DNA from: Auanema rhodensis | Taxonomy: Eukaryota > Animalia > Nematoda | NCBI GenBank assembly: GCA_964057225.1 | Contig: OZ059896.1 | Coordinates: 22,072,001-22,136,000 of the forward strand | Direction of reading: 5' to 3' | Length of the DNA: 64,000 nt | Shown here: piece after piece, positions 1-11,583 of the stretch | Layout: each line of letters begins with the position of its first letter | How positions within the stretch are numbered: position 1 is the stretch's first letter | The notes under the pieces: generated by a model | The model's input: only the letters and a program-made list of their open reading frames with translations | What the model was told of the DNA's origin: nothing | Databases searched by the model: none | Translations under genes and position numbers: made by a program

Positions 1-45
1 TTTGTATTAAGCGTTTCTCAATGTAGTATAGTGCATTCGATGCGG

Positions 46-96
46 ATTTTTAAGCTGCGTCGATCTGTGTTATCAGATTTGCGCTAGCTTAAAAAT
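46..96. repeat. Nested inverted repeat in each monomer (potential ~51-nt hairpin/cruciform)
   Basis: ATTTTTAAGCT (46-56) is the exact reverse complement of AGCTTAAAAAT (86-96). Inner pairs are GCG 57-59/CGC 82-84 and ATCTG 63-67/CAGAT 74-78, with a 6-nt loop. Confidence 0.9.
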
Positions 97-113
97 GCAC
101 CGAGATATCAACT

Positions 114-135
114 GATATAAGTTCACACTTATATC
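114..135. repeat. 9-bp inverted repeat with 4-nt loop in each monomer
   Basis: GATATAAGT-TCAC-ACTTATATC. The stem becomes 10 bp in monomers carrying 136A. Confidence 0.9.
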
Positions 136-246
136 CTCGATTTTCACCCTGAAGAATTAATTTTTTCGTAGAATAACATTGTCCATCGTCTTTGCCTTGA
201 AAAAAGGAATCTAAAAACATCTACTTTTTGCTAAATTATTTTGAAA

Positions 247-258
247 TTTTTCGAAAAA
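247..258. repeat. 12-bp perfect palindrome in most monomers
   Basis: TTTTTCGAAAAA. In the consensus it is flanked by ATTTTGA (238-244) and TCAAAAT (266-272). Confidence 0.9.
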
Positions 259-285
259 ATTTTTGTTAAAATGTTTTTGGAAGCA

Positions 286-313
286 ATGTTGAGTGTACAT
301 GGAAACTCAACAT
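286..313. repeat. 9-bp inverted repeat with 10-nt loop (perfect when pos 293 is G)
   Basis: ATGTTGAGT-GTACATGGAA-ACTCAACAT. Confidence 0.9.
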
Positions 314-3300
314 ACACTAAGGCATCATTTTTCAAACGATCATAACTAATTTTTGTATTAAGCGTTTCTCAATGTAGTATAGTGCATTCGATGCGGATTT
401 TTAAGCTGCGTCGATCTGTGTTATCAGATTTGCGCTAGCTTAAAAATGCACCGAGATATCAACTGATATAAGTTCACACTTATATCCTCGATTTTCACCC
501 TGAAGAATTGATTTTTTCGTTGAATAACATTGTCCATCGTTTTTGCCTTGAAAAAAGAAATCTAAAAACATCTACTTTTTGCTAAATTATTTTGAAATTT
601 TTCGAAAAAATTTTTGTCAAAATGTTTTTGGAAGCAATGTTGATTGTACATGGAAACTCAACATACACTAATGCATCATTTTTCAAACGATCATAACTAA
701 TTTTTGTATTAAGCGTTTTTCAATGTAGTATAGTGCATTTGATGCGGATTTTTAAGTTGCGTCGATCTGTGTTATCAGATTTGCGCTAGCTTAAAAATGC
801 ACCGAGATATCAACTGATATAAGTTCACACTTATATCCTCGATTTTCACCCTGAAGAATTGATTTTTTCGTTGAATAACATTGTCCATCGTTTTTGCCTT
901 GAAAAAAGAAATCTAAAAACATATACTTTTTGCTAAATTATTCTGAAATTTTTTGAAAACATTTTTGTCAAAATGTTTTTGGAAGCAATGTTGATTGTAC
1001 ATGGAAACTCAACATACACTAATGCATCATTTTTCAAACGATCATAACTAATTTTTGTATTAAGCGTTTCTCAATGTAGTATAGTGCATTCGATGCGGAT
1101 TTTTAAGCTGCGTCGATCTGTGTTATCAGATTTGCGCTAGCTTAAAAATGCACCGAGATATCAACTGATATAAGTTCACACTTATATCCTTGATTTTCAC
1201 CCTGAAGAATTAATTTTTTCGTAGAATAACATTGTCCATCGTCTTTGCCTTGAAAAAAGGAATCTAAAAACATCTACTTTTTGCTAAATTATTTTGAAAT
1301 TTTTCGAAAAAATTTTTGTTAAAATGTTTTTGGAAGCAATGTTGAGTGTACATGGAAACTCAACATACACTAAGGCATCATTTTTCAAACGATCATAACT
1401 AATTTTTGTATTAAGCGTTTCTCAATGTAGTATAGTGCATTCGATGCGGATTTTTAAGCTGCGTCGATCTGTGTTATCAGATTTGCGCTAGCTTAAAAAT
1501 GCACCGAGATATCAACTGATATAAGTTCACACTTATATCCTCGATTTTCACCCTGAAGAATTAATTTTTTCGTCGAATAACATTGTCCATCGTCTTTGCC
1601 TTAAAAAAAGGAGTCTAAAAACATCTACTTTTTGTTAAATTATTCTGAAATTTTTTGAAAACATTTTTGTCAAAATGTTTTTGGAAGCAATGTTGATTGT
1701 ACATGGAAACTCAACATACACTAAGGCATCATTTTTCAAACGATCATAACTAATTTTTGTATTAAGCGTTTCTCAATGTAGTATAGTGCATTCGATGCGG
1801 ATTTTTAAGCTGCGTCGATCTGTGTTATCAGATTTGCGCTAGCTTAAAAATGCACCGAGATATCAACTGATATAAGTTCACACTTATATCCTCGATTTTC
1901 ACCCTGAAGAATTGATTTTTTCGTTGAATAACATTGTCCATCGTTTTTGCCTTGAAAAAAGAAATCTAAAAACATCTACTTTTTGCTAAATTATTTTGAA
2001 ATTTTTCGAAAAAATTTTTGTCAAAATGTTTTTGGAAGCAATGTTGATTGTACATGGAAACTCAACATACACTAATGCATCATTTTTCAAACGATCATAA
2101 CTAATTTTTGTATTAAGCGTTTCTCAATGTAGTATAGTGCATTTGATGCGGATTTTTAAGCTGCGTCGATCTGTGTTATCAGATTTGCGCTAGCTTAAAA
2201 ATGCACCGAGATATCAACTGATATAAGTTCACACTTATATCCTCGATTTTCACCCTGAAGAATTAATTTTTTCGTTGAATAACATTGTCCATCGTTTTTG
2301 CCTTGAAAAAAGAAATCTAAAAACATCTACTTTTTGCTAAATTATTCTGAAATTTTTCGAAAAAAGTTTTGTCAAAATGTTTTTGGAAGCAATGTTGATT
2401 GTACATGGAAACTCAACATACACTAATGCATCATTTTTCAAACGATCATAACTAATTTTTGTATTAAGCGTTTCTCAATGTAGTATAGTGTATTCGATGC
2501 GGATTTTTAAGCTGCGTCGATCTGTGTTATCAGATTTGCGCTAGCTTAAAAATGCACCGAGATATCAACTGATATAAGTTCACACTTATATCCTCGATTT
2601 TCACCCTGAAGAATTAATTTTTTCGTCGAATAACATTGTCCATCGTCTTTGCCTTAAAAAAAGGAATCTAAAAACATCTACTTTTTGCTAAATTATTCTG
2701 AAATTTTTTGAAAACATTTTTGTCAAAATGTTTTTGGAAGCAATGTTGTTTGTACATGGAAACTCAACATACACTAATGCATCATTTTTCAAACGATCAT
2801 AACTAATTTTTGTATTAAGCGTTTCTCAATGTAGTATAGTGCATTTGATGCGGATTTTTAAGCTGCGTCGATCTGTGTTATCAGATTTGCGCTAGCTTAA
2901 AAATGCACCGAGATATCAACTGATATAAGTTCACACTTATATCCTCGATTTTCACCCTGAAGAATTAATTTTTTCGTTGAATAACATTGTCCATCGTTTT
3001 TGCCTTGAAAAAAGAAATCTAAAAACATCTACTTTTTGCTAAATTATTCTGAAATTTTTCGAAAAAAGTTTTGTCAAAATGTTTTTGGAAGCAATGTTGA
3101 TTGTACATGGAAACTCAACATACACTAATGCATCATTTTTCAAACGATCATAACTAATTTTTGTATTAAGCGTTTCTCAATGTAGTATAGTGCATTCGAT
3201 GCGGATTTTTAAGCTGCGTCGATCTGTGTTATCAGATTTGCGCTAGCTTAAAAATGCACCGAGATATCAACTGATATAAGTTCACACTTATATCCTCGAT

Positions 3301-6300
3301 TTTCACCCTGAAGAATTAATTTTTTCGTCGAATAACATTGTCCATCGTCTTTGCCTTAAAAAAAGGAATCTAAAAACATCTACTTTTTGCTAAATTATTC
3401 TGAAATTTTTTGAAAACATTTTTGTCAAAATGTTTTTGGAAGCAATGTTGTTTGTACATGGAAACTCAACATACACTAATGCATCATTTTTCAAACGATC
3501 ATAACTAATTTTTGTATTAAGCGTTTCTCAATGTAGTATAGTGCATTTGATGCGGATTTTTAAGCTGCGTCGATCTGTGTTATCAGATTTGCGCTAGCTT
3601 AAAAATGCACCGAGATATCAACTGATATAAGTTCACACTTATATCCTCGATTTTCACCCTGAAGAATTAATTTTTTCGTTGAATAACATTGTCCATCGTT
3701 TTTGCCTTGAAAAAAGAAATCTAAAAACATCTACTTTTTGCTAAATTATTCTGAAATTTTTCGAAAAAAGTTTTGTCAAAATGTTTTTGGAAGCAATGTT
3801 GATTGTACATGGAAACTCAACATACACTAATGCATCATTTTTCAAACGATCATAACTAATTTTTGTATTAAGCGTTTCTCAATGTAGTATAGTGTATTCG
3901 ATGCGGATTTTTAAGCTGCGTCGATCTGTGTTATCAGATTTGCGCTAGCTTAAAAATGCACCGAGATATCAACTGATATAAGTTCACACTTATATCCTCG
4001 ATTTTCACCCTGAAGAATTAATTTTTTCGTCGAATAACATTGTCCATCGTCTTTGCTTTGAAAAAAGGAATCTAAAAACATCTACTTTTTGCTAAATTAT
4101 TTTGAAATTTTTCGAAAAAATTTTTGTCAAAATGTTTTTGGAAGCAATGTTGAGTGTACATGGAAACTCAACATACACTAATGCATCATGTTTCAAACGA
4201 TCATAACTAATTTTTGTATTAAGCGTTTCTCAATGTAGTATAGTGCATTCGATGCGGATTTTTAAGCTGCGTCGATCTGTGTTATCAGATTTGCGCTAGC
4301 TTAAAAATGCACCGAGATATCAACTGATATATGTTCACACTTATATCCTCGATTTTCACCCTGAAGAATTAATTTTTTCGTTGAATAACATTGTCCATCG
4401 TCTTTGCCTTAAAAAAAGGAGTCTAAAAACATCTACTTTTTGTTAAATTATTCTGAAATTTTTTGAAAACATTTTTGTCAAAATGTTTTTGGAAGCAATG
4501 TTGATTGTACATGGAAACTCAACATACACTAAGGCATCATTTTTCAAACGATCATAACTAATTTTTGTATTAAGCGTTTCTCAATGTAGTATAGTGCATT
4601 CGATGCGGATTTTTAAGCTGCGTCGATCTGTGTTATCAGATTTGCGCTAGCTTAAAAATGCACCGAGATATCAACTGATATAAGTTCACACTTATATCCT
4701 CGATTTTCACCCTGAAGAATTGATTTTTTCGTTGAATAACATTGTCCATCGTTTTTGCCTTGAAAAAAGAAATCTAAAAACATCTACTTTTTGCTAAATT
4801 ATTTTGAAATTTTTCGAAAAAATTTTTGTCAAAATGTTTTTGGAAGCAATGTTGATTGTACATGGAAACTCAACATACACTAATGCATCATTTTTCAAAC
4901 GATCATAACTAATTTTTGTATTAAGCGTTTCTCAATGTAGTATAGTGCATTTGATGCGGATTTTTAAGCTGCGTCGATCTGTGTTATCAGATTTGCGCTA
5001 GCTTAAAAATGCACCGAGATATCAACTGATATAAGTTCACACTTGTATCCTCGATTTTCACCCTGAAGAATTAATTTTTTCGTTGAATAACATTGTCCAT
5101 CGTTTTTGCCTTGAAAAAAGAAATCTAAAAACATCTACTTTTTGCTAAATTATTCTGAAATTTTTCGAAAAAAGTTTTGTCAAAATGTTTTTGGAAGCAA
5201 TGTTGATTGTACATGGAAACTCAACATACACTAATGCATCATTTTTCAAACGATCATAACTAATTTTTGTATTAAGCGTTTCTCAATGTAGTATAGTGCA
5301 TTCGATGCGGATTTTTAAGCTGCGTCGATCTGTGTTATCAGATTTGCGCTAGCTTAAAAATGCACCGAGATATCAACTGATATAAGTTCACACTTATATC
5401 CTCGATTTTCACCCTGAAGAATTAATTTTTTCGTCGAATAACATTGTCCATCGTCTTTGCTTTGAAAAAAGGAATCTAAAAACATCTACTTTTTGCTAAA
5501 TTATTTTGAAATTTTTCGAAAAAATTTTTGTCAAAATGTTTTTGGAAGCAATGTTGAGTGTACATGGAAACTCAACATACACTAATGCATCATGTTTCAA
5601 ACGATCATAACTAATTTTTGTATTAAGCGTTTCTCAATGTAGTATAGTGCATTCGATGCGGATTTTTAAGCTGCGTCGATCTGTGTTATCAGATTTGCGC
5701 TAGCTTAAAAATGCACCGAGATATCAACTGATATATGTTCACACTTATATCCTCGATTTTCACCCTGAAGAATTAATTTTTTCGTTGAATAACATTGTCC
5801 ATCGTCTTTGCCTTAAAAAAAGGAGTCTAAAAACATCTACTTTTTGTTAAATTATTCTGAAATTTTTTGAAAACATTTTTGTCAAAATGTTTTTGGAAGC
5901 AATGTTGATTGTACATGGAAACTCAACATACACTAATGCATCATTTTTCAAACGATCATAACTAATTTTTGTATCAAGCGTTTCTCAATGTAGTATAGTG
6001 CATTCGATGCGGATTTTTAAGCTGCGTCGATCTGTGTTATCAGATTTGCGCTAGCTTAAAAATGCACCGAGATATCAACTGATATAAGTTCACACTTATA
6101 TCCTCGATTTTCACCCTGAAGAATTAATTTTTTCGTTGAATAACATTGTCCATCGTCTTTGCCTTAAAAAAAGGAGTCTAAAAACATCTACTTTTTGTTA
6201 AATTATTCTGAAAATTTTTGAAAACATTTTTGTCAAAATGTTTTTGGAAGCAATGTTGATTGTACATGGAAACTCAACATACACTAATGCATCATTTTTC

Positions 6301-9300
6301 AAACGATCATAACTAATTTTTGTATTAAGCGTTTCTCAGTGTAGTATAGTGCATTCGATGCGGATTTTTAAGCTGCGTCGATCTGTGTTATCAGATTTGC
6401 GCTAGCTTAAAAATGCACCGAGATATCAACTGATATAAGTTCACACTTATATCCTCGATTTTCACCCTGAAGAATTAATTTTTTCGTTGAATAACATTGT
6501 CCATCGTCTTTGCCTTAAAAAAAGGAATCTAAAAACATCTACTTTTTGCTAAATTATTCTGAAATTTTTTGAAAACATTTTTGTCAAAATGTTTTTGGAA
6601 GCAATGTTGATTGTACATGGAAACTCAACATACACTAATGCATCATTTTTCAAACTATCATAACTAATTTTTGTATTAAGCGTTTCTCAATGTAGTATAG
6701 TGCATTTGATGCGGATTTTTAAGCTGCGTCGATCTGTGTTATCAGATTTGCGCTAGCTTAAAAATGCACCGAGATATCAACTGATATAAGTTCACACTTA
6801 TATCCTCGATTTTCACCCTGAAGAATTGATTTTTTCGTTGAATAACATTGTCCATCGTTTTTGCCTTGAAAAAAGAAATCTAAAAACATCTACTTTTTGC
6901 TAAATTATTCTGAAATTTTTCGAAAAAAGTTTTGTCAAAATGTTTTTGGAAGCAATGTTGATTGTACATGGAAACTCAACATACACTAATGCATCATTTT
7001 TCAAACGATCATAACTAATTTTTGTATTAAGCGTTTCTCAATGTAGTATAGTGCATTCGATGCGGATTTTTAAGCTGCGTCGATCTGTGTTATCAGATTT
7101 GCGCTAGCTTAAAAATGCACCGAGATATCAACTGATATAAGTTCACACTTATATCCTCGATTTTCACCCTGAAGAATTAATTTTTTCGTAGAATAACATT
7201 GTCCATCGTCTTTGCCTTGAAAAAAGGAATCTAAAAACATCTACTTTTTGCTAAATTATTTTGAAATTTTTCGAAAAAATTTTTGTTAAAATGTTTTTGG
7301 AAGCAATGTTGAGTGTACATGGAAACTCAACATACACTAAGGCATCATTTTTCAAACGATCATAACTAATTTTTGTATTAAGCGTTTCTCAATGTAGTAT
7401 AGTGCATTCGATGCGGATTTTTAAGCTGCGTCGATCTGTGTTATCAGATTTGCGCTAGCTTAAAAATGCACCGAGATATCAACTGATATAAGTTCACACT
7501 TATATCCTCGATTTTCACCCTGAAGAATTGATTTTTTCGTTGAATAACATTGTCCATCGTTTTTGCCTTGAAAAAAGAAATCTAAAAACATCTACTTTTT
7601 GCTAAATTATTTTGAAATTTTTCGAAAAAATTTTTGTCAAAATGTTTTTGGAAGCAATGTTGATTGTACATGGAAACTCAACATACACTAATGCATCATT
7701 TTTCAAACGATCATAACTAATTTTTGTATTAAGCGTTTCTCAATGTAGTATAGTGCATTTGATGCGGATTTTTAAGTTGCGTCGATCTGTGTTATCAGAT
7801 TTGCGCTAGCTTAAAAATGCACCGAGATATCAACTGATATAAGTTCACACTTATATCCTCGATTTTCACCCTGAAGAATTGATTTTTTCGTTGAATAACA
7901 TTGTCCATCGTTTTTGCCTTGAAAAAAGAAATCTAAAAACATATACTTTTTGCTAAATTATTCTGAAATTTTTTGAAAACATTTTTGTCAAAATGTTTTT
8001 GGAAGCAATGTTGATTGTACATGGAAACTCAACATACACTAATGCATCATTTTTCAAACGATCATAACTAATTTTTGTATTAAGCGTTTCTCAATGTAGT
8101 ATAGTGCATTCGATGCGGATTTTTAAGCTGCGTCGATCTGTGTTATCAGATTTGCGCTAGCTTAAAAATGCACCGAGATATCAACTGATATAAGTTCACA
8201 CTTATATCATCGATTTTCACCCTGAAGAATTAATTTTTTCGTAGAATAACATTGTCCATCGTCTTTGCCTTAAAAAAAGGAATCTAAAAACATCTACTTT
8301 TTGCTAAATTATTTTGAAATTTTTTGAAAACATTTTTGTCAAAATGTTTTTGGAAGCAATGTTGATTGTACATGGAAACTCAACATACACTAATGCATCA
8401 TTTTTCAAACGATCATAACTAATTTTTGTATTAAGCGTTTCTCAATGTAGTATAGTGCATTCGATGCGGATTTTTAAGCTGCGTCGATCTGTGTTATCAG
8501 ATTTGCGCTAGCTTAAAAATGCACCGAGATATCAACTGATATAAGTTCACACTTATATCCTCGATTTTCACCCTGAAGAATTGATTTTTTCGTTGAATAA
8601 CATTGTCCATCGTTTTTGCCTTGAAAAAAGAAATCTAAAAACATCTACTTTTTGCTAAATTATTTTGAAATTTTTAGAAAAAATTTTTGTCAAAATGTTT
8701 TTGGAAGCAATGTTGATTGTACATGGAAACTCAACATACACTAATGCATCATTTTTCAAACGATCATAACTAATTTTTGTATTAAGCGTTTCTCAATGTA
8801 GTATAGTGCATTTGATGCGGATTTTTAAGTTGCGTCGATCTGTGTTATCAGATTTGCGCTAGCTTAAAAATGCACCGAGATATCAACTGATATAAGTTCA
8901 CACTTATATCCTCGATTTTCACCCTGAAGAATTGATTTTTTCGTTGAATAACATTGTCCATCGTTTTTGCCTTGAAAAAAGAAATCTAAAAACATATACT
9001 TTTTGCTAAATTATTCTGAAATTTTTTGAAAACATTTTTGTCAAAATGTTTTTGGAAGCAATGTTGATTGTACATGGAAACTCAACATACACTAATGCAT
9101 CATTTTTCAAACGATCATAACTAATTTTTGTATTAAGCGTTTCTCAATGTAGTATAGTGCATTCGATGCGGATTTTTAAGCTGCGTCGATCTGTGTTATC
9201 AGATTTGCGCTAGCTTAAAAATGCACCGAGATATCAACTGATATAAGTTCACACTTATATCATCGATTTTCACCCTGAAGAATTAATTTTTTCGTTGAAT

Positions 9301-11583
9301 AACATTGTCCATCGTCTTTGCCTTAAAAAAAGGAATCTAAAAACATCTACTTTTTGCTAAATTATTTTGAAAGTTTTCGAAAAAATTTTTGTCAAAATGT
9401 TTTTGGAAGCAATGTTGATTGTACATGGAAACTCAACATACACTAATGCATCATTTTTCAAACGATCATAACTAATTTTTGTATTAAGCGTTTCTCAATG
9501 TAGTATAGTGCATTCGATGCGGATTTTTAAGCTGCGTCGATCTGTGTTATCAGATTTGCGCTAGCTTAAAAATGCACTGAGATATCAACTGATATAAGTT
9601 CACACTTATATCCTCGATTTTCACCCTGAAGAATTAATTTTTTCGTAGAATAACATTGTCCATCGTCTTTGCCTTAAAAAAAGGAATCTAAAAACATCTA
9701 CTTTTTGCTAAATTATTTTGAAATTTTTTGAAAACATTTTTGTCAAAATGTTTTTGGAAGCAATGTTGATTGTACATGGAAACTCAACATACACTAATGC
9801 ATCATTTTTCAAACGATCATAACTAATTTTTGTATTAAGCGTTTCTCAATGTAGTATAGTGCATTCGATGCGGATTTTTAAGCTGCGTCGATCTGTGTTA
9901 TCAGATTTGCGCTAGCTTAAAAATGCACCGAGATATCAACTGATATAAGTTCACACTTATATCCTCGATTTTCACCCTGAAGAATTGATTTTTTCGTTGA
10001 ATAACATTGTCCATCGTTTTTGCCTTGAAAAAAGAAATCTAAAAACATCTACTTTTTGCTAAATTATTTTGAAATTTTTCGAAAAAATTTTTGTCAAAAT
10101 GTTTTTGGAAGCAATGTTGATTGTACATGGAAACTCAACATACACTAATGCATCATTTTTCAAACGATCATAACTAATTTTTGTATTGAGCGTTTCTCAA
10201 TGTAGTATAGTGCATTTGATGCGGATTTTTAAGTTGCGTCGATCTGTGTTATCAGATTTGCGCTAGCTTAAAAATGCACCGAGATATCAACTGATATAAG
10301 TTCACACTTATATCCTCGATTTTCACCCTGAAGAATTGATTTTTTCGTTGAATAACATTGTCCATCGTTTTTGCCTTGAAAAAAGAAATCTAAAAACATA
10401 TACTTTTTGCTAAATTATTCTGAAATTTTTTGAAAACATTTTTGTCAAAATGTTTTTGGAAGCAATGTTGATTGTACATGGAAACTCAACATACACTAAT
10501 GCATCATTTTTCAAACGATCATAACTAATTTTTGTATTAAGAGTTTCTCAATGTAGTATAGTGCATTCGATGCGGATTTTTAAGCTGCGTCGATCTGTGT
10601 TATCAGATTTGCGCTAGCTTAAAAATGCACCGAGATATCAACTGATATAAGTTCACACTTATATCCTCGATTTTCACCCTGAAGAATTAATTTTTTCGTA
10701 GAATAACATTGTCCATCGTCTTTGCCTTAAAAAAAGGAATCTAAAAACATCTACTTTTTGCTAAATTATTTTGAAATTTTTTGAAAACATTTTTGTCAAA
10801 ATGTTTTTGGAAGCAATGTTGATTGTACATGGAAACTCAACATACACTAATGCATCATTTTTCAAACGATCATAACTAATTTTTGTATTAAGCGTTTCTC
10901 AATGTGGTATAGTGCATTCGATGCGGATTTTTAAGCTGCGTCGATCTGTGTTATCAGATTTGCGCTAGTTTAAAAATGCACCGAGATATCAACTGATATA
11001 AGTTCACACTTATATCCTCGATTTTCACCCTGAAGAATTGATTTTTTCGTTGAATAACATTGTCCATCGTCTTTGCCTTAAAAAAAGGAATCTAAAAACA
11101 TCTACTTTTTGCTAAATTATTTTGAAAGTTTTCGAAAAAATTTTTGTCAAAATGTTTTTGGAAGCAATGTTGATTGTACATGGAAACTCAACATACACTA
11201 ATGCATCATTTTTCAAACGATCATAACTAATTTTTGTATTAAGCGTTTCTCAATGTAGTATAGTGCATTCGATGCGGATTTTTAAGCTGCGTCGATCTGT
11301 GTTATCAGATTTGCGCTAGCTTAAAAATGCACTGAGATATCAACTGATATAAGTTCACACTTATATCCTCGATTTTCACCCTGAAGAATTAATTTTTTCG
11401 TTGAATAACATTGTCCATCGTCTTTGCCTTAAAAAAAGGAATCTAAAAACATCTACTTTTTGCTAAATTATTTTGAAAGTTTTCGAAAAAATTTTTGTCA
11501 AAATGTTTTTGGAAGCAATGTTGATTGTACATGGAAACTCAACATACACTAATGCATCATTTTTCAAACGATCATAACTAATT

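Larger units (their letters stand above)
1..351. repeat. Representative monomer M1 (type A), ~69% AT, with many A/T tracts
   Basis: Hand count gives 110 G+C in 351 bp and 12 CpG. The consensus has NheI (83-88), EcoRV (104-109), BstBI (250-255), BsrGI (294-299) and NsiI (320-325, absent in M1 itself) sites. Confidence 0.95.
1..11583. repeat. Domain 1 (M1-M33): most variant-rich monomers, 293T dominant, short 2-4-mer periodicities
   Basis: Variants 38T, 55T, 170C, 209G, 260G, 267T and 321G are confined to this domain. 241C and 252T+258C are common here. Confidence 0.8.

Noticed and set aside
46-135. Hairpins as rho-independent terminators or bacterial regulatory sites
   Set aside because: No genes nearby, AT-rich stems and a satellite context.
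1-351. Tandem 5S rRNA, tRNA, snRNA or spliced-leader gene unit
   Set aside because: The unit size is compatible, but I recognise no 5S, tRNA cloverleaf, snRNA or SL sequence. An Rfam/Infernal scan would be the decisive test.
1-351. Assignment to a named satellite (Drosophila 1.688, Tribolium satellites, maize TR-1, alpha satellite with CENP-B box)
   Set aside because: Only length and AT content are similar. I cannot support sequence identity without a search.
1-351. Monomer as an ancient dimer of ~175-bp subunits
   Set aside because: Only a weak resemblance (TTGTATTAAGCGT vs TTGTCCATCGT), with no convincing alignment of the halves by eye.
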